This document shows positions 9,905 through 18,123 of a stretch of 64,000 bases of DNA, in pieces (the first letter of the stretch is position 1; each line of letters opens with the position of its first letter). A program made the position numbers and the translations under genes. The stretch is from Clostridiales bacterium UBA1758 (GTDB lineage: Bacteria; Bacillota; Clostridia; Oscillospirales; UBA1758). The stretch covers positions 4,076-68,075 of the forward strand of contig DCHG01000062.1 of assembly GCA_002315595.1 (NCBI GenBank). Reading direction: 5' to 3'. Under the pieces are notes generated by a model that saw only the letters and a list, made by a program, of their open reading frames with translations, searched no databases and had not been told where the DNA came from.

Positions 9905-10004
9905 TATTGAAAGAGGCTTGCCGTTCGTGGGTGGATCATCCGCGGTGCCTCGATACATCATATGCCCGTCGCACGTCGGCGGTTCAACGAAGTGGAGGAT
10001 ATTT

Positions 10005-10652
10005 ATGATCAAAATCTCACCCTCGGCACTCTCCGCCGATTTTTCTCGTCTCGCGGACAGCCTTTCCGGAATTGAAAAAGCGGGCGCCGACCTTCTTCAT
10101 GTCGATGTCATGGACGGCGTTTTCGTCCCGAATATTTCCTTTGGTTTCCCCGTCATCAAAGCGATGCGTGCGTCAACCAAACTTCCGCTCGACGTGCATT
10201 TGATGATCGTCCGCCCAGACCTCTACATCGACCGTTTTGCCGATGCAGGCGCGGCGTACATCACTATTCACGCCGAATCCGACGATGATACCGCCTCCAC
10301 CCTGCGTGCCATCCGTGCCCGGGGCGTCAAAGCAGGGCTTTCCGTCCGTCCGAACACGCCGATTTCCGAAATTACACCGTATCTCGACCTTGTCGATATG
10401 ATCCTCATCATGACGGTGGAGCCTGGCTTCGGCGGTCAGAAACTGATCCCCGAAACGCTTGAAAAAGTGCGTCAGACTCGTGCCCTCATCGGTGACCGTC
10501 CGATCGAACTTGAAGTCGACGGTGGCGTGACCACCGACAACGCGGGCGTATTGATCGGTAACGGTGCAAATGTCATCGTCGCCGGTTCCGCCGTTTTCGG
10601 CGCACCCGATCCTGCCGTGGCGATTGCGGGAATCCGAAAGTGGGAACGGTAA
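10005..10652 (+). CDS. rpe: Ribulose-phosphate 3-epimerase
   Basis: MIKISPSALSADFSRL...HVDVMDGVFVPNISFG...MTVEPGFGGQ are classic Rpe motifs. ATG at 10005 is preceded by GGAGGA. Confidence 0.9.
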   Translation: MIKISPSALSADFSRLADSLSGIEKAGADLLHVDVMDGVFVPNISFGFPVIKAMRASTKLPLDVHLMIVRPDLYIDRFADAGAAYITIHAESDDDTASTLRAIRARGVKAGLSVRPNTPISEITPYLDLVDMILIMTVEPGFGGQKLIPETLEKVRQTRALIGDRPIELEVDGGVTTDNAGVLIGNGANVIVAGSAVFGAPDPAVAIAGIRKWER

Positions 10653-10686
10653 TTTTCTAATTTTTCCCGATTTTTAAAAATAATAC

Positions 10687-10715
10687 TTGCAATTTAGAAA
10701 AGCTTGTGGTATTAT
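10687..10715 (+). promoter_or_regulatory. Sigma-A type promoter for tRNA-Arg
   Basis: TTGCAA (10687-10692), 17-nt spacer, TATTAT (10710-10715), about 30 nt upstream of the tRNA. Confidence 0.5.
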
Positions 10716-10744
10716 ATATGAGCGTTCTGAAAAAGGAACGTTGT

Positions 10745-10821
10745 GCGCTCGTAGCTCAGCTGGATAGAGTGACTGGCTACGAACCAGTAGGTCGGGGGTT
10801 CGAGTCCCTCCGGGCGCGCCA
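10745..10821 (+). tRNA. tRNA-Arg (anticodon ACG) with encoded CCA
   Basis: Acceptor stem GCGCTCG/CGGGCGC. D-arm is TAGCTCAGCTGGATAGAG. The anticodon loop CT-ACG-AA is flanked by the ACTGG/CCAGT stem. T-arm is GGGGGTTCGAGTCCCTC. The 3' end reads G-CCA. Confidence 0.9.
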
Positions 10822-10826
10822 AAAAA

Positions 10827-10857
10827 ATCCCGTGGACGAAGTCCACGGGATTTTTTA
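10827..10857 (+). terminator. Rho-independent terminator after tRNA-Arg
   Basis: atcccgtggac-gaa-gtccacgggat is a perfect 11-bp stem followed by tttttt. Confidence 0.85.
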
Positions 10858-10956
10858 CTTATCACCACTTCGCTCTAAACTAAATCCGTCCACGGTATTT
10901 TGGAAAAAGTAATAGTTTTCTTTAAAACCATAGGTTGTTAAAAAAAGCGGTGCAAT

Positions 10957-11337
10957 TCATTGTGTGCAAAGCATTGCGATCTTTCCCCCGCAGACACGGA
11001 TCATCAGTTTTCTTCCCGATGTGAAGGTAAATCGGATCGCCTCGACCGGCGACTCCATCCGTGTCGGAAACAGAAGGATCTCTCGGATCGCTCCGTTGCC
11101 GTCTATCCTTGTCCGTACGGCTTGTTGTGGCAAATTCGCCCATTCCGCCGTCAATGTGAACTGCTCCGGTGAAAGATGCAAATATCTGTCGCCGATTTGA
11201 ATATAGACCTCCCGCCTTTTTTCCGTAACCAAACAGTGCTTTTCATTGGTTTCCGTGCCACCCGAAACAAATATGCCGTTCACCTTTTTCCCCATTATCG
11301 TAACAAATCTTGCTTCCGTTTCCGATACCATAGTCAT
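10957..11337 (-). CDS. Hypothetical protein (126 aa), no recognisable family
   Basis: ORF 10957..11370. The ATG at 11337 is preceded by GGAGGTG with 6-nt spacing. I recognise no motifs. Confidence 0.55.
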   Translation of the reverse strand: MTMVSETEARFVTIMGKKVNGIFVSGGTETNEKHCLVTEKRREVYIQIGDRYLHLSPEQFTLTAEWANLPQQAVRTRIDGNGAIREILLFPTRMESPVEAIRFTFTSGRKLMIRVCGGKIAMLCTQ

Positions 11338-11441
11338 TTTTTCACCTCCGTTGTGCAAATATCGTATCATGTAACCTGTACTATAAATCGTATAGTATGT
11401 AATTTCTTTGGTGAATTTGAAAAAAACTTTTCCGCAAATGG

Positions 11442-11470
11442 TTGCAAATCATTATTTGAAATGGTAAAAT
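11442..11470 (+). promoter_or_regulatory. Sigma-A type promoter upstream of the oxidoreductase gene
   Basis: TTGCAA, 17-nt spacer, TAAAAT, with TGg immediately upstream (extended -10). Confidence 0.45.
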
Positions 11471-11515
11471 TGAACAAAACAGCAACGCTGTATTATGAAA
11501 AAGGTGGTAATTACA

Positions 11516-12658
11516 ATGCCGAAAACCTCTCTTGATGATTACAAAACCAAACATGTCGGCAGTGCCGAAGAAATTGATCGTACCCGTAAACTGAAAGTCG
11601 GTATCATCGGCTGCGGTTGGATCGCCGGAGCCCACATGGAAGCTTATCTTCAATGCAATGACATCGAAATCGTCGCCGGTGCGGATCTTGTTCCGGGCAA
11701 GGCGGAAGCCTTCTTTCAGCAGTACGGACTGGAAAACGTCCGTTGCTATCCGAATGATGAGGCGATGCTTGAAGCCGAAGAACTCGACGCCGTCAGCGTC
11801 TGCACCTATAACCGTCAGCACGCCCCCTGCACCATACACGCGCTGAACAAGGGCGTAAGCGTTCTGCTTGAAAAGCCGATGTGCGTCACCCTTGAGGAGG
11901 CTGTTGAAATCTGCCGCGCCGAAAAGAAGAGTGGTAAGGTCCTTTCTATCGGCTTCCAGCCGCGTTTCGACGCCAATATGCAAATGATCAAAAAAATCGT
12001 CGAATCCGGCGAACTCGGCAAGATCTACTACATTCAGACCGGCGGCGGACGCCGTCGCGGAATTCCGACACCATTCGGCACGACATTTATTCAGGAAGAC
12101 ACCGCCGGACTCGGCGCACTCGGCGACATCGGTTGCTATTCGCTCGATATGGTCCTCAACGCCATCGGTTATCCGAAGCCGTTGACCGTCACCGGCTACA
12201 AGAGCGCTTACTTCGGCAAAGATCCTTCCTATGAACATCACGATGTTTTCGGTGTCGATGACTTTGCCGCGGGCTTTATCCGCCTTGAAGGCGACATCAT
12301 TCTCGACTTCCGTATTGCGTGGGCGATGAACCTCAATACGCCCGGCGACACCATCATTATGGGCACCAAAGGATCGCTTCGCATTCCGTCCACCGACTGC
12401 TGGAACGGCTCGACCGGCGGGCCGATGACGATCTATCACGAGGTTGCGGGCGCGCAACTCGACACCATTGTCCCGCTGATCGAAGACAATACGGATCTGT
12501 TCTATCAAAAGATCCGTTCCTTCCTCGACGCCGTCCGAACCGGCGAAAAAGCCCCGGTTCCTGCATCGCAAATCCTTTACAATCAAGCCATTTTGGACGG
12601 CATTTCTCGCAGTGCCGAACTCGGTCACGAGATCGAAATCGAAATTCCGGAAATCTGA
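11516..12658 (+). CDS. Gfo/Idh/MocA family NAD(P)-dependent oxidoreductase
   Basis: KVGIIGCGWIAGAHMEAY is a Rossmann motif, and EKPM is characteristic of the family. ATG at 11516 is preceded by AAGGTGG. Confidence 0.85.
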   Translation: MPKTSLDDYKTKHVGSAEEIDRTRKLKVGIIGCGWIAGAHMEAYLQCNDIEIVAGADLVPGKAEAFFQQYGLENVRCYPNDEAMLEAEELDAVSVCTYNRQHAPCTIHALNKGVSVLLEKPMCVTLEEAVEICRAEKKSGKVLSIGFQPRFDANMQMIKKIVESGELGKIYYIQTGGGRRRGIPTPFGTTFIQEDTAGLGALGDIGCYSLDMVLNAIGYPKPLTVTGYKSAYFGKDPSYEHHDVFGVDDFAAGFIRLEGDIILDFRIAWAMNLNTPGDTIIMGTKGSLRIPSTDCWNGSTGGPMTIYHEVAGAQLDTIVPLIEDNTDLFYQKIRSFLDAVRTGEKAPVPASQILYNQAILDGISRSAELGHEIEIEIPEI

Positions 12659-12671
12659 TCGGATCTATTTT

Positions 12672-12704
12672 AATGCCCATCTTCGAGCGAAGATGGGCAT
12701 TTTC
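12672..12704 (+). terminator. Rho-independent terminator
   Basis: aatgcccatcttcg-ag-cgaagatgggcatt is a 14-bp stem followed by a T-rich run. Confidence 0.75.
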
Positions 12705-12724
12705 ACCACAGGAGGTGTTTTATT

Positions 12725-13582
12725 ATGCAATTTCTGGGTACTGCCGCCGCTCAACTCACCCCATGCCCATTCTGTGCCTGCGACAACTGCAAAAAACTTC
12801 GCAGTCTTGGCATCAAAAAGCGCAGAAGTTGTTTTTACATCGACCGATCGACAATGATCGACTTCGGACCTGATGCTCTTGCCGCGGCACAGGATTTTAA
12901 CACCGATCTGACAAACTTAAAACGCGTCTTTATAACACATTCTCATGCCGATCATTTCAGCATCACCAATCTTCTTTCGATCGGAATGTCCGCGACCAAG
13001 CCGGAAACGCCAATTGATGTTTATCTGTCGAAGGAAGCCTTTGACTGGACGGTTTCGTCGATGATTTATCACGATCCGTTCGCACAGATGACGGTCAAGG
13101 AAGCCGGCATGAGTGTCAACGGCTTTTACGAATTTCGCCCGGTCAAGGCGGGCGATGTCATCGAAGTCGACGGTATGCGCGTTCTCGCCCTTCCTACGCA
13201 CCATTCGGGAAATACGCCGCAGGAAACCGCGCTCAATTACTTTTTCACCTTCTCCGACGGCAAAAAGTTTCTTTACGCTTCCGATACTGGGATGTATGAC
13301 GACGCCGATTTTTCCCTGCTGAAAGGCGTTTGTTTTGACCAGATCGTCATGGAAAACACCTTTGGAAGCAATATCAAGCCGGAAGCAACACATCATCTTG
13401 ACAACGAGCATTTTCTTGAACAACTCGGCAATTTTGCCGTTCACGGTCTTATCGATGGCCACACGCAAATCTATATCACCCATGTCAATCCATCCCATTC
13501 GATGACGCCGGACGATATGCAGGCGTATTTTGATCAATCGCCCTATCATGTCACCGTCGCCTATGACGGCATGGAAATTTGA
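12725..13582 (+). CDS. MBL-fold metallo-hydrolase (PhnP-like)
   Basis: Contains the ITHSHADHF metal-binding motif. An N-terminal Cys cluster (CPFCACDNC) is also present. Confidence 0.8.
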   Translation: MQFLGTAAAQLTPCPFCACDNCKKLRSLGIKKRRSCFYIDRSTMIDFGPDALAAAQDFNTDLTNLKRVFITHSHADHFSITNLLSIGMSATKPETPIDVYLSKEAFDWTVSSMIYHDPFAQMTVKEAGMSVNGFYEFRPVKAGDVIEVDGMRVLALPTHHSGNTPQETALNYFFTFSDGKKFLYASDTGMYDDADFSLLKGVCFDQIVMENTFGSNIKPEATHHLDNEHFLEQLGNFAVHGLIDGHTQIYITHVNPSHSMTPDDMQAYFDQSPYHVTVAYDGMEI

Positions 13583-13597
13583 GTTAATTTAAATCAA

Positions 13598-13636
13598 AAC
13601 GGTATTGCGGATCACCCGCAATACCGTCTTTTTTTA
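13598..13636 (+). terminator. Rho-independent terminator
   Basis: acggtattgcgg-atcac-ccgcaataccgt is a stem followed by cttttttt. Confidence 0.8.
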
Positions 13637-13640
13637 CTGA

Positions 13641-13675
13641 AAAAACAACGGTTATCCGCATTTCGACGGATAACC
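13641..13675 (-). terminator. Rho-independent terminator for the yabR-like gene (minus strand)
   Basis: ggttatccg...cggataacc stem. On the minus strand it is followed by ttgtttttt. Confidence 0.7.
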
Positions 13676-13682
13676 ATTCGGT

Positions 13683-14090
13683 TTATCTCTTTCTTCTGCG
13701 GTCGCCGTTATATTTGTCACCGCGCTGGCGAATATCGGACATTCTGCTTTCGCTTTCCTGCATGAACGCCTTGATCTTATCCTCAAATGAGGACGGTGCC
13801 GTGGCTTGCGGTTTCGGTGTGAAACGAGCCTCGCTCTGTCGCGGTGCGGCGTTTTTTGCCGTGGCTCGTTTAATGGAAAGATTGATGCGGTTGTTTTCGT
13901 CAATTTTAGTGACAACCGCTTCGACTTCCTGACCTTCCGAAAGAAAATCGTGAATGTCGCTGACATATGTATTTGCGACTTCGGAAATATGTACCATTCC
14001 CGACTTTCCCTCCGGCAACGAAACAAACGCGCCGAATTTTGTGATACCCGTTACTTTTCCTTTGACTACCTGCCCAACATTGAGCTCCAT
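13683..14090 (-). CDS. yabR: S1 RNA-binding domain protein (YabR-like)
   Basis: VGQVVKGKVTGITKFGAFVSLPEGKSGMVHISEVA is a canonical S1 domain. The gene lies downstream of divIC, as in Bacillus. Confidence 0.85.
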   Translation of the reverse strand: MELNVGQVVKGKVTGITKFGAFVSLPEGKSGMVHISEVANTYVSDIHDFLSEGQEVEAVVTKIDENNRINLSIKRATAKNAAPRQSEARFTPKPQATAPSSFEDKIKAFMQESESRMSDIRQRGDKYNGDRRRKR

Positions 14091-14126
14091 ACCAGATTTT
14101 CTCCCTTCGGTGTCCCTGACACCATC

Positions 14127-14426
14127 CTAACGCTTTGATGTATCTATAAACACCCGTTCCCCCGGCATTGCAAGACCAAGTTCACTGCGGGCAACACGGA
14201 TGATATATTCTTCGTCCATTTCTTCGTCGATGAGACTTTGATACTCGCCGTTGGAGATCTCAAGTTCATCGCGGATCTGTTGTAATTGTTCCAATTCCTC
14301 TCTGCGTTCACCGATTTGGAGTCGCAAAGATACGAGCAAAAACGAAAAATACAGCACAAAAACAACGACTATGACACGAGCAGCGATGCTTCCGCGTCTT
14401 TTTTTCGCCGTATTTCCCTTTTTCAT
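14127..14426 (-). CDS. divIC: Septum formation initiator (DivIC/FtsB family)
   Basis: Single N-terminal transmembrane helix followed by a coiled coil (RREELEQLQQIRDELEISNGEYQ) and IIRVARSELGLAMPGE. Confidence 0.8.
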   Translation of the reverse strand: MKKGNTAKKRRGSIAARVIVVVFVLYFSFLLVSLRLQIGERREELEQLQQIRDELEISNGEYQSLIDEEMDEEYIIRVARSELGLAMPGERVFIDTSKR

Positions 14427-14430
14427 TGTT

Positions 14431-14775
14431 TCATTTCCTTTCCGATTTACGGGATCGACACAGTATGCTTCTCCGTGTCATTCGATCGACCGAAGCCGAA
14501 ACCCGCCGTCCCGCGGTAAAACCGACCGTCGCAAACCCGATTACCGTCCCGACGATCATATATCCGCGCAATAATCCATCGCCCGCACACCACACCGTCA
14601 CCAGCATCGCCGCAAGCAAAACAGTACAAATCACCACCGAGATCCCGTTCACTGCCCATGCAATGCCGAGAATTCTGGCGGCGGCGCACAATCCGACAAA
14701 TAGGATCGCGCCCACACAACCGATCGTTACGCAAATGAAAAAATCAAGCAATTGATCTGCAAGATAGATTTCCAT
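14431..14775 (-). CDS. yabQ: Spore cortex biosynthesis protein YabQ-like membrane protein
   Basis: Small polytopic membrane protein immediately after yabP. Its ATG at 14775 overlaps the yabP stop (TGATG). Confidence 0.65.
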   Translation of the reverse strand: MEIYLADQLLDFFICVTIGCVGAILFVGLCAAARILGIAWAVNGISVVICTVLLAAMLVTVWCAGDGLLRGYMIVGTVIGFATVGFTAGRRVSASVDRMTRRSILCRSRKSERK

Positions 14776-15038
14776 CAAGCGAACAACTTCTTCCAAAATC
14801 CGCCGTCACGCAATGCGGTATAGCAAACGCCATCCAGTCGGCCGGAGACCACCAATTCACCCGATTCGATCATCAGGCTTTCGATGTGAAGTCCGTTGCC
14901 GGAAATTTCCATTCCGCCGGCATCGGTTTCGAGAATGATTACATTCTCATCATAGTTTTTTACGGAAAGCACGCCCGAAACCGAGATTTTTTCGCGTTTT
15001 TCCGCAAAAAACGAATGTTTGACAGATTTTTTGTCCAT
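14775..15038 (-). CDS. yabP: Sporulation protein YabP
   Basis: ISVSGVLSVKNYDENVIILETDAGGMEISGNGLHIESL matches the YabP family pattern. Confidence 0.85.
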   Translation of the reverse strand: MDKKSVKHSFFAEKREKISVSGVLSVKNYDENVIILETDAGGMEISGNGLHIESLMIESGELVVSGRLDGVCYTALRDGGFWKKLFA

Positions 15039-15084
15039 CCCGCCACCTCCGTTGATACAGTGTATTCGAAGATCGCGGAAAAAA

Positions 15085-15324
15085 TCACACCTGACGATAC
15101 ATCAGCGGAGCATCCGCCTTCGTCGCGTGTTCGTTCAGATCAAGCACCTCGACCTTGACCGGCTTTCCGCCAAATTCAATTTCGATGATGTCGCCGACCT
15201 TCACCTGATAAGACGCTTTGACAATGCGGTCGTTGACAACGATGCGATCGTTGTCACAGGCTTCATTGGCGACGGTACGGCGTTTGATGATACGCGAAAC
15301 CTTTAAAAATTTATCGACTCTCAT
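15085..15324 (-). CDS. yabO: S4-domain RNA-binding protein (YabO-like)
   Basis: MRVDKFLKVSRIIKRRTVANEA is an S4 domain signature. The gene sits between HU and yabP. Confidence 0.85.
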   Translation of the reverse strand: MRVDKFLKVSRIIKRRTVANEACDNDRIVVNDRIVKASYQVKVGDIIEIEFGGKPVKVEVLDLNEHATKADAPLMYRQV

Positions 15325-15340
15325 TTTGTTTCCTTGGGAG

Positions 15341-15372
15341 AACGCAGAAGCGGGAGTCCCCGCTTCTGCGTT
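15341..15372. terminator. Perfect 14-bp hairpin between the HU and yabO genes
   Basis: aacgcagaagcggg-agtc-cccgcttctgcgtt. The T-run (gtttt) follows only on the plus strand, so its role on the minus-strand transcript (partial terminator, processing or stability element) is unclear. Confidence 0.4.
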
Positions 15373-15390
15373 GTTTTACAAAGGATTTTC

Positions 15391-15663
15391 TTACTTGATG
15401 GCGTCCTTGAAGCCCTTGCCGGCCTTGAAAACCGGGGCCTTGGAAGCAGGGATTGTGATGGTGGCGTTGGTGGAAGGGTTACGGCCGGTTCTTTCCGGAC
15501 GATTCTTCACCTCAAAGGTGCCGAAGCCGACGAGAGCGACCTTGTCATCCTTGGAAAGCGCTTCGGTGATGCTATCGATGGCGGCATTGAGTGCCAGTTC
15601 GGAATTCTTCTTGGAGAATCCGGTCTTTTCGGCGATGGCTGCGATGAGTTCGGTTTTGTTCAT
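15391..15663 (-). CDS. hup: DNA-binding protein HU
   Basis: MNKTELIAAIAEKTG...GFGTFEVKNRPERTGRNPSTN. ATG at 15663 is preceded by AAGGAGG. Confidence 0.92.
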   Translation of the reverse strand: MNKTELIAAIAEKTGFSKKNSELALNAAIDSITEALSKDDKVALVGFGTFEVKNRPERTGRNPSTNATITIPASKAPVFKAGKGFKDAIK

Positions 15664-15696
15664 TTTAATGAACCTCCTTGTTTTTTTCATCCAAAT

Positions 15697-16473
15697 TTAT
15701 ATGGACTGTTTTGCTCGATTCCAAAGTTCATTCAGTTCTTCCGGGGTTTTATCGTTCAGATTTCCGCCCGAAAGTTCCTCAACGATCCGAAATCGATTTG
15801 TAAATTTATCACAGGCAGAGGAAAGGGATTCCTCGCACTGGACATCAAAAAACTTAGCAGCGCGTACAACTGCAAACAACAAATCGCCGAATTCTTCACC
15901 GACACTTTCGGGAGAAGCCGTGCGAACTTCGTTGAGTTCGCGTTCCACCGCATCAAGCGCGGCATCGGCGTCCTGCCAATGAAAGCCCGCCTTGGAAGCC
16001 TTCGCGCCGATCTTTTCAGCACGGATCAGCGAAGGAAGTGTTTTTGCGACGGAGTCCATCGCGTCCGTAGTCGTTTTTTGTGACTTTTCGAGGCGTTTCA
16101 TTTCTTCCCACTTGACTAACACCTCATCGGCAGTGGAAAGTTTATCCGTCCCGAAAACATGGGGATGACGGAAAATGTATTTTTTGCATACACCGTCCGC
16201 AACATCGTCTAATGTAAAACCGCCCTGTTCGGTTTCCATTTCGGTATGAAACACAACCTGCGAAAGGACATCGCCGAGTTCTTCGAGCAAAGACTCTTTG
16301 TCGCCGTTGTCAATGGCTTCCACGGCTTCATAAGTTTCCTCAATAAAATTGCGGCGAATGCTTTCATGCGTTTGCTCACGATCCCACGGACAACCCTTGG
16401 GACCACGCAATGCACGGACGAGTGCGACCAGGTCATAAACGCCGTATTTTTCTTTACTTTCAAAATTTATCAT
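15697..16473 (-). CDS. mazG: Nucleoside triphosphate pyrophosphohydrolase MazG
   Basis: LRGPKGCPWDREQTHESIRRNFIEETYEAVEAI and a second EEFGDLLF repeat indicate a tandem MazG domain. Confidence 0.9.
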   Translation of the reverse strand: MINFESKEKYGVYDLVALVRALRGPKGCPWDREQTHESIRRNFIEETYEAVEAIDNGDKESLLEELGDVLSQVVFHTEMETEQGGFTLDDVADGVCKKYIFRHPHVFGTDKLSTADEVLVKWEEMKRLEKSQKTTTDAMDSVAKTLPSLIRAEKIGAKASKAGFHWQDADAALDAVERELNEVRTASPESVGEEFGDLLFAVVRAAKFFDVQCEESLSSACDKFTNRFRIVEELSGGNLNDKTPEELNELWNRAKQSI

Positions 16474-16517
16474 ATTTTCGGCCTTTCTGCAAGTGTTTTT
16501 TCAATAAAAAATGTTTT

Positions 16518-18119
16518 TTATTTTGAAACCTTCAAATATTTGCCGATTTTTTCGCCTTTTGGAATAAATGTGAGGTCATCCTGATACACCGCGCCGAAAA
16601 TATAGACGCCGATCGCATAGACAACCACGCCCACGCCGATCGCGACAACCGTCGAAATTGCGTTGCCGACGAAGCGGGATGCAATGCCGTAAACCGCCCA
16701 AGCGGAGGCTCCCATCAGTGCGGATGCGATAAACGGCTTGACGAAAATTCGTCCGGCATGGATCTCCGCACCCGACGAGCGTGCGATCATAATCAAGTTC
16801 ATCATCGATATCGTCACATAGCAGAAAAACGTTCCGACCGGCGCACCGTATATATTGATCGTCGGACGGCTGATCAGCGTGTAGTTGACGACGATTTTTA
16901 CTACGCCGCCCATAAACATCGAAAGCAGGGTGAATTTTTGCTTTCCGACGGACTGCAATATCGAATTCGTCAGGAATACAAGGCATACAAACGGCACCGC
17001 ACAGGAAAGAAGTGCCAACGATTCACCCGCGAGTTTGACGACTTCTTCGCCCTCAGACGCATAGACCAAGCGAATGATCGGCTCGGCAAGCACACCCAGA
17101 CCGAATGCCATCGGCAGTGCGAGAAGCGAACAGATACGAAGCGAGGATTCTACCGTACGGGTGATGAGTTCGTTTTCACGCTTGACATGAGCCGCGGCAA
17201 TGGCGGGAATGACGCTGATGGAAAGGCTGACGACGATCGCGGGCGGTAGATTAAAGAAATACAGCCCGTAGCAGTAAGTGCCGTAAAGCCATTTGGTCTC
17301 TTTCAAGGTGTAACCGATCCTTTGCAGGACATTCATCAAAATCGCGTTATCAACGAGATTTGTCACCGAAAGGACGGAAGACGACAGTGTGATCGGTATC
17401 GCAATGACCAACAGACGCTTAAAAACCTCCTCGGCAGGACTCGGCGTATCGGTCGCGTGTTCACCTAGGCGCCCCATCATTTTTTTCTTTGTAGCAAAGA
17501 AATAGACCGCGGCAAGAAGATTACCCATCGTGACACCTGCGATCGCGCCTGCCGCGACATAGATCATATCATAGCCGCGGGATTTAAGATAAAGCGAAAA
17601 TGCCACACCGAAAATCAGTTTGCCCGACGCCTCAATGATCTGTGAGATAGCGGTCGGCACCATATTCGACATTCCCTGATAATAACCGCGAAAAATCGAG
17701 ATCAACGCGACAAAGAACAGTGTCGGCGCAATGGCAAGTACCGCGATGGCGGCGTCCGGGTTGCCGATGAGATTGGCAAACAGTTTATGCCCGAAGATCA
17801 GGGCAAACATTCCGATTGCGCCGATGGTCAGAAATGTTGCGGCGGCAATGCGGACAATGCGCTTTATTTCGGCATTACGCCCCATAACATTTGCTTCGGA
17901 TACCATCTTCGACACGGCGACGGGAAGTCCCGCAGTCGAAAGGACATACGCAAACGAGAAAATATTGTATGCGTTATTGAAGATCGCATTGCCCTCGGCA
18001 CCGAGAATCTTTCCCACGGGGATCTTGAACAGTGCGCCGATGACCTTTACGATGATTCCCGCCGCGGTCAAAATCGCCGCCCCGACGAGAAAATTCTGTT
18101 TTTTCTTTGTTTCAGCCAT
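16518..18119 (-). CDS. MOP-superfamily polysaccharide/lipid II flippase (SpoVB/YabM-like)
   Basis: About 14-TM protein with an N-terminus (KKQNFLVGAAILTAAGIIVKVIGALFKIPV) typical of the SpoVB/MurJ-like family. It sits upstream of mazG, as yabM does in Bacillus. Confidence 0.8.
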   Translation of the reverse strand: MAETKKKQNFLVGAAILTAAGIIVKVIGALFKIPVGKILGAEGNAIFNNAYNIFSFAYVLSTAGLPVAVSKMVSEANVMGRNAEIKRIVRIAAATFLTIGAIGMFALIFGHKLFANLIGNPDAAIAVLAIAPTLFFVALISIFRGYYQGMSNMVPTAISQIIEASGKLIFGVAFSLYLKSRGYDMIYVAAGAIAGVTMGNLLAAVYFFATKKKMMGRLGEHATDTPSPAEEVFKRLLVIAIPITLSSSVLSVTNLVDNAILMNVLQRIGYTLKETKWLYGTYCYGLYFFNLPPAIVVSLSISVIPAIAAAHVKRENELITRTVESSLRICSLLALPMAFGLGVLAEPIIRLVYASEGEEVVKLAGESLALLSCAVPFVCLVFLTNSILQSVGKQKFTLLSMFMGGVVKIVVNYTLISRPTINIYGAPVGTFFCYVTISMMNLIMIARSSGAEIHAGRIFVKPFIASALMGASAWAVYGIASRFVGNAISTVVAIGVGVVVYAIGVYIFGAVYQDDLTFIPKGEKIGKYLKVSK

Positions 18120-18123
18120 TAAT

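Noticed and set aside
9873-10004. N-terminal extension of rpe (the track ORF starts at 9873)
   Set aside because: The extension covers a GC-rich hairpin and has no ribosome-binding site. The ATG at 10005 has GGAGGA upstream and gives the canonical Rpe N-terminus.
11381-12628. 415-aa ORF on the minus strand
   Set aside because: It is entirely antisense to the well-supported Gfo/Idh/MocA gene. Its translation is low-complexity and Arg/Gly/Ala/Asp-rich, which is typical of shadow ORFs in GC-rich DNA.
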